Source: the human T2T-CHM13v2.0 reference genome, Homo sapiens. Taken from it: DNA of 64,000 bases. A program made the translations under genes and the position numbers. Below the pieces are notes generated by a model. That model saw only the letters and a list, made by a program, of their open reading frames with translations, was not told the origin of the DNA and did not search any database. Every line of letters starts with the position of its first letter. The first letter of the stretch is position 1. The stretch lies in NCBI RefSeq assembly GCF_009914755.1, contig NC_060929.1; one strand, written 5' to 3'. This document shows, piece after piece, positions 56,101 through 64,000 of the stretch.

Positions 56101-57879
56101 TATAAAAAATATTTTGAATAATCTAAAAGGCCTACTACCTAACAGCACTAAAATGACCATTTGATGTTTCACAGAATTTTAAAATCCTATGTCTTAGTTC
56201 TTACATAAGTAATTCACATTGAATTTCACCAAGATCCTATGATACCCACTTGCCTACATTGCTGTACACTGTTGCTGAATGCTGTCAAGCAGCTGTCACA
56301 TTATTCTTCCTGTAATTTGGAAATTGCTATAAATTTGCCAAATTCTTCCAAACCCTTCAGGCATGATAAATTTTACATTTATAGAAATTATTTTGTCCAC
56401 CTGGAGTCTTTCAGACACTTTTATGTAACTGTGGTCTGCAAGTTAGTAAAAGCAAATTTCATTAAGAGACCAAAAGGACACATGTATATGCAAAGTTAAT
56501 ATTTGCTCAGACAAATAATCCTTCATGAATGCACAATGCAGATTTTTTGTGGATTACATCAAAGAATCACAAAATGAATAACAATCATGGAAGGACATTG
56601 GGTGAATATTTTAGGTAAATATTTTTAAAAACCTTTATCTTGTAGAGCTACAAGAAAAGTAGCTATGCATATGAAATCAAGTCTTAATACCATAAAGTCT
56701 TATCAAATATAATGCAGAATTAAATTGAACAAAGATAAAGAAAGCTTTCCTGACTATGGAAAGAAAATATATAGAGACAGAAAAGAAATTGAATTTCAGA
56801 TCTTTGTTTCAAGATAAAAATGAATTATTATAAAATAGACCTGTATTCATAACTTAGACTCTATTTCAGTTTTCTACACTGCGAGCAATCATAGGACTGA
56901 AGGGAAATTTATTATAAAGTCACCTGGGATATTACTTCATAAACATAGAAAGCAACATTAGAAATTGAAATGGGAATAATGAAAATTTCATTTTAAAAGA
57001 ATGTAAATGGGAGGCAAGGAAAGAACTGCTGAGATACATAAAAAAGTCATTACTTCTTTTGAATTCCTATAAATACTGAAAACTGTTTTCCATTAACAGA
57101 ATACTGGTGCTACAATAAATATATTTCCCCTTTGTATGTTGGGACCAAAACTACTCTAAAAATGCTTTTTGTGATGATATGCCAGATGAAGAGTTTGCCA
57201 TTTGCCACCCAGGAGTGTGGCCTAGGAGTCAGAAAACCAGAGGTAAATGTGCAAGCTGACCATGTAGCTGTGTCTGGTTGGGAGAATTTAGGGGACGTAG
57301 TCCATTATTGGCACTCTTGGTAAAGTACAAAGTCAGTGGCATCCCTTGTACAAAGAAGAAAATCTTGCAAAGAGTTAACCACTGCAGAACATTCAGTATC
57401 TAAATCTAGGTGCATTCCACTATAATTAGGGTGTATTTATTCATTAGTAGCTGAACATTTTGCAGACTATAAAAATTTAAATGTTCTTGAGGCTCATTAT
57501 GGCACCTTGTGCATCACAGATTACACAGTTGCTCTGTATCTTTATGTGCCTTTTATATCTTAATTTAGGTCTTAGTGTGACTATGTATATCACTTCATGA
57601 AATTATAAACCATAACAAATGATTATGGAGGAATTGTTATATGCCCTTATAGAAAATAGAATAGAAAAAAATGCATATTTTAGTCCTCCCAATATATTCT
57701 TATTCCATAGCCTAAGTGCCAAGTCAGGGGCTTTATTTCATTCATCTTAAATGGGAAAGAAAATAGTTCCCAGGAACAAAATGGCAGAAATCTATCTACT
57801 CAGGGATTAAAGAGTATAACTTTTATCAAGATAAAATGAATAGTATTTCAAAGAAACCAAAAGAACACTAAACACTGTG

Positions 57880-58100
57880 GAAAACAAAGAACTAGAGCTT
57901 TGGAGCAAAACAGATTCCATACTCAGCCACTTACCAGCTATGTGATCTTGGGCAAGTTATTTAATCTCTGAGCCTGTTTCTGTATCCATATACAAAGACA
58001 TCTATGCCTCTGAGTGTGATTGTTAGGATTAGGGATAATAGGTTAAGTTCCTAGCATTGTGCCTGACACATAATAGGTGTCAATCAATGGTTACCAATAT
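57880..58100 (+). mobile_element. MIR
   Basis: CCACTTACCAGCTATGTGATCTTGGGCAAGTTATTTAATCTCTGAGCCT. Confidence 0.9.
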
Positions 58101-59335
58101 TCTTACAGGGTTGGGAAGTGTGATTTCTTGGTTGTAACCCACAGTTACTCAGCAAAGGCAAGCTAGAGGATACTTCCATTGCTATAGTTGAGCTCCTGGG
58201 TAGTGGAAATCTTTTAACTTACCCTCTGAGTGTGACTTGCATTCATTAGCTGCTGACACCCACTGTTGTATTGTCAACATGGAAAGCTCTTTGCCAGGAC
58301 CATCTACCACCTCTGTGAGGCTAGATTCATCTGGCTAGTTACAGGAAGACAGTGCCTTTAACCTGGAGTATACAGGACGTTAGAGTTGAAAGGGTCATAT
58401 GCTAGCCACCAGCTGGTGCACCATGGACCCGTGGTTCCTCCAAATTATTGCAAGTGTTCCAAGTGTCTATTCAGCATCACCTGATACAGAATAATGTCTT
58501 GCATATATCTATCTATGTGCACTATTCTTTTACTGTTGTGATTAGTAGAGTGTAAATTCACTTCAAAACATTGTCAAATTCTTAGTAGCTTTTCATCATG
58601 TTGTATTTTTGCTGTCAGCCATTATAAAACATGACATCAGGGTTGATGTGTGGTGCAAAGGATCATAAAATTGTTCGACATCATTCAGCAGCCCTCATGC
58701 TCAGAAAATCAAGAACTGGTGCTCTCATTTCCAGGGTCCAGGAAAATATGGAACACATAAGCTTATACAGCTTATTAAAGAAAACACTGGGTGAAAACTC
58801 TGTTAATCCCTAGTCCAGAACTTCCAACAATGCAAATGTTTGTATCACTGCTTATGGAAAAAATCTGTGGAAGTATTTAGTGTACAGATTAGTATGCATG
58901 AAGTTGAGTATTGAAAGAGCATGGGTTATATGAAAGACATTTAAAATGGTATCTGGCACATATAAAGGACTCAATAAATGACAGCCATTATCATGACGGC
59001 TATTCAGTAAGAAGTGGTTTTGTCACTTTTTTCTGTCTGTTGCTCAGGTAACTTATTGCATCCAAGTATAACATTTTAAGTTATGTTATTTGTCACTCAG
59101 GCAAGTACTTCTGTTTTCACTTCATAGTCTCAGAATGGGAGCGGGTGTATGTTTTTTAAATCTCTCTTCCAGAAGTCTTTTAGGAGTAGACGCTATTGCC
59201 ATCAATACTGAGACTAACTTCTGAGCCAGGTCCTTGTAGTGCATTTTATTGTAGCCTCAGACAGCTAGTGGCCTTTAATTTGTTTGCTTAAGACAGAGCT
59301 CAGTTTTGTTATTAAATTACCCAGTAAAATTTGAT

Positions 59336-60108
59336 ATGTTCATCATCACTGGCCATCAGAGAAATGCAAATCAAAACCACAGTGAGATACCATCTCACAC
59401 CAGTTAGAATGGCAATCATTAAAAAGTCAGGAAACAACAGGTGCTGGAGAGGATGTGGAGAAATAGGAACACTTTTACACTGTTGGTGGGAAGGTAAACT
59501 AGTTCAACCATTGTGGAAGTCAGTGTGGCAATTCCTCAGGGATCTAGAACTAGAAATACCATTTGACCCAGCCATCCCATTACTGGGTATATACCCAAAG
59601 GACTATAAATCATGCTGCTATAAAGACACATGCACACGTATGCTTATTGCGGCACTATTCACAATAGCAAAGACTTGGAACCAACCCAAATGTCCAACAA
59701 TGATAGACTGGATTAAGAAAATGTGGCACATATACACCATGGAATACTATGCAGCCATAAAAATCGATGAGTTCATGTCCTTTTTAGGGACATGGATGAA
59801 ACTGGAAATCATCATTGTCAGTAAACTATCGCAAGGACAAAAGACCAAACACTGCATGTTCTCACTCATAGGTGGGAATTGAACAATGAGAACACATGGA
59901 CACAGGAAGGGGAACATCACACTCTGGGGACTGTTGTGGGGTGGGGGGAGGGGGGAGGGATAGCATTAGGAGATATACCTAATGCTAAATGACGAGTTAC
60001 TGGGTGCAGCACACCAGCATGGCACATGTATACATATGTAACTAACCTGCACATTGTGCACATGTACCCTAAAACTTAAAGTATAATAATAAAATAAAAA
60101 GAAAAAAA
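59336..60108 (+). mobile_element. 5'-truncated young L1PA (L1PA2/3-like): ORF2 C-terminus, 3'UTR and poly(A)
   Basis: ORF 59331-59882 is the ORF2p cysteine-rich C-terminus ending MFSLIGGN*; 3'UTR has GAG (not the L1Hs-Ta ACA) diagnostic; imperfect TSD AAAATTT..ATATGTT. Confidence 0.97.
59926..59959 (+). other. L1 3'UTR G-rich tract, potential G-quadruplex
   Basis: GGGG...GGGGTGGGGGGAGGGGGGAGGG; known L1PA feature. Confidence 0.75.
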
Positions 60109-61409
60109 TTTTTTATATGTTTCTGTGAACTGAAGAGATTAAAACATTTACTTAAATGTTTTTAATCTGTACCCCCACCAAGTTCCTTTAGACCAGAATC
60201 TTTATTAAGAGGTTTAACAATAGGTCAATATTTATTTAAAATTTGTGCCTGGAGATTTGGTATTTCATTTCACAATGTGGCCCACAGGTGATAGGGAGCA
60301 GAAATATTGACTGAGAGAAATTTATATCTGACTATACAAATTTAGTACCCATTTCATAAACTATAAACCATCCAGATTAATCACAGTAATTAAATGCAAA
60401 GAAAGGTCCACTTGGGTTTTTCAGGTAAATTTAAGACAAGCTTTATCACTATATGTTTGGTTCCGAGTTATCTCAACATTCATATTTAGTATGAGTTCTC
60501 TTTCTTTATCTAGGAATATGATTTCTAAGCTAAAGAAAAGAATATGTGGAATCTGCACTTGTAAATGTCCAACCAGAATTCTCTTACAGGGAACTCACCC
60601 AAGGAAATGAGATAAAAGATCCAAAAGCAGCAAGCACTTCTCTGTGCTGAGCATGGCCATTTTAAGGGAAGCCAGATGACTTGCAGTATTTTCCATAAGT
60701 GATTCCCATTCAGTCAGCTGTGTCAGGCAACAACTTGGTTGTTTTGTGTTCCAGCCATTAGGCAGCAACCTCATTGAAGGGAATCACCACAGGCCTCTGT
60801 TTCTCCAGAGAGAGGAATCTTACTCCAATATAGTAAATGGACTCAATGGTTGAGGCATCCAAGCCACCAGTAGGATCTTCCTCTGCTATTGAGACGAAAT
60901 AACCCGATAGAGAATAAATACAGCAGGGCTTAGCCCTATACAAATTTTTTTATAAGTTATGTCTGCATTGTTGTCCCCACCCAGTGCTCTGTCATAACCT
61001 TCAGAATTCTCCCAGTGCCCAAATTGACTATTCCTTAAAAGCCTACTTCATGCCTCACCCAGGCCTGCTCAACCAGTTTTCTCTTATTTTTTCCCACTGT
61101 CAGAACATATCAGCCCTGTCCTCCTAATCCCTTAAGACTGTGATGTCTATTCAATTATCTATTCAAATAATTTCTGCTAAAATATGAGTAAGTGGTATAA
61201 TATGTACCTCCCCCCCCCCCCACAAGTAACATACATGCATTTTAACAGTGGCTTTAAGTAAATGGGAAGACTGTATTCTGAGCGTCCTGACAGGTAGCAG
61301 GAGAGATCCTTCAAGAATAAGCAGTCATTTGCTCTCACAATAAATATCTGTAGGGCATTGAACCAACCCTGAACAAAAAAGCACAAATTATGCTCTCACT
61401 CTACATCAG

Positions 61410-61604
61410 TTGATAGCTGCATTCAAAGAGGCGGGACTTCTGTTTTCATCCTCCCAGAAGTCTGTGGCACTGGAACAGTTCTTCAAAGAGAGAGAACAGA
61501 CACGCTTCCATAATGGTACTAATTTACAGCTGCAGGCTTCCTTTGGGGCCACTTTTAGAAATAAGTGCCCTGTTAGTAATGGGCACAGAACTTGCCAGAG
61601 AGAG
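61410..61604 (+). other. Candidate 195-nt exon, open in phase 0
   Basis: CTCTCACTCTACATCAG acceptor, GAG|GTATGA donor, 65 stop-free codons in non-repeat DNA; protein not recognised. Confidence 0.3.
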
Positions 61605-62299
61605 GTATGAAGTGCGGTAAAGGAGGTCGCAAAGGGAAGAGAAGAGGTGAGGAACAGTATGATGAGTGGAAAACACAGTGAGATCAGCAGTGCACTGAAA
61701 TGAGAAATGTAGGGAGATTCCATATTTATGTATTCTGTTCAAAGGAAATAAGGTAGATTCTGAAATGGAAATAAGCAACATCTGACATGCAGAAGAAGCT
61801 GGCTAGCCATTTATTTTTTGGTCAATCTCTGATCCCATCACTTTCAGCTAAATAGTGGCTATGGTATTGCCTTGTTTTTGTTTTTGTTTTTTAAAAAAGG
61901 GCTCAACATACCACCTCTATTGCCAAAGACACCCCACCTTGCCCAACCTCAGTTTCTTGGTGTGCTCTAAGAGACAGTTTATGGTTCCACTTCTGTTACT
62001 GTGTGCAAAATTTTGCCAGAAACAGGCAATCCTACTGTCCTTCATCAGGACACTCATATTGTTTCAAAGCCGTTGGTGACATTTGGCTGCTTCATTAGAA
62101 AACAGATTTTTATATGTGTATTATGTAGGTTGTTTTGTTGTTTTTTAGGGGGCAGGGAGGGAGTCTGAAGTGTCACTTCCTTTCCTAAAGGTCATCCATT
62201 TTGGCTCTTATTTAAAGTTCAAAAGTTATAGCCATTGGCCATGGGTTAAGGTGTGTGTCATTTGATTACATTCTGAAAGAGAATTATTAGCTAAATTGA

Positions 62300-62530
62300 G
62301 AAGCATAGTAGGTGGCTAAAATTACAGACTCTGGAGCTGCGCTGCTGGGATTCAATTTCTGCTTTCCTCCGCTTACGGGCTTTGTGACCTTGGGCAAGTT
62401 GATTAGCTTCCTGGGCTTCAGTTTTATCATCTATAGGAATGGAGATCATAAGTACAGTAATTTCTGAGTGACTTAACGTATTAAAAAGTGCTTCAAATAG
62501 TACCCAGCATATAGTAAATACTATTTAAGT
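62300..62530 (+). mobile_element. MIR
   Basis: GACTCTGGAGC...TGTGACCTTGGGCAAGTT...CTTCAGTTTTATCATCTATA. Confidence 0.88.
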
Positions 62531-62699
62531 TGGTTTTAGGAGAACTAAACTGAGTGTCTTTTATATTCATGTGAAGAGAAAATTGTCAAATTTAGTTGAA
62601 TCTAATTAGAAAGGGAAAAGAGGCAGATTCCCCGATGCATTGTTTCTGAGGCTAAATTCAAGTCTTCCTATGATGAACGTACAGTTTTGTATGTGTGTG

Positions 62700-62865
62700 T
62701 GACTAACATTTATTGACACTGACTACTTTCTGTTTAAGTGGTTTATATATTTCATTTAATTCTCACAAAAACCTCATGTTGTAGGTACAATTATTATCCC
62801 CATTTCACAAATGAGAAAACTAAAGCTAAGAGTAAGTAAATTTCCAAACCTCCAAGAGCTAATAA
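62700..62865 (-). mobile_element. MIR
   Basis: ATTATCCCCATTTCACAAATGAGAAAACTAAAGCT. Confidence 0.8.
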
Positions 62866-62892
62866 ATGATGTAATACTTAAAAGTTGATGCT

Positions 62893-64000
<1,108 letters not shown>

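Noticed and set aside
59331-59882. 183-aa ORF
   Set aside because: It is the C-terminus of L1 ORF2p in a 5'-truncated copy and has no true start codon.
60824-60885. EDPTGGLDAST resembles the ABC ATPase Walker B/D-loop (DEPTxGLD)
   Set aside because: D and E are transposed, the hydrophobic Walker B strand is not properly placed, and no Walker A or signature motif was found nearby; probably chance.

Overview
This is AT-rich, CpG-poor primate (very probably human) non-coding DNA, either intronic or intergenic. It has no CpG island, no recognisable intact cellular gene, no RNA gene and no prokaryotic-type system. About half of it is interspersed repeat: L1 of several ages, about 10 Alus, MIR, L2, CR1/L3, hAT MITEs (MER58A, MER33, MER1B) and MaLR/ERV LTRs. 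All recognisable protein ORFs are broken L1 ORF2 or CR1 RT fragments. The most unusual directly visible structures are insertion or repair scars. (1) An Alu monomer whose 5' junction carries two out-of-order copies of local DNA from 1.6 and 2.3 kb downstream (31130-31445). (2) A MER1B with a perfect 8-bp TSD carrying about 430 bp of foreign DNA (36837-37614). (3) An internal, tail-less L1PA ORF2 fragment fused to an older L1 (4990-7152). More speculatively, a series of AG/GT-bounded segments could be exons of a decayed gene or lncRNA, including an 18-nt microexon candidate whose donor site has been tandemly duplicated. Repeat subfamily names were assigned by eye from remembered consensus sequences, and boundaries of old repeats are approximate.
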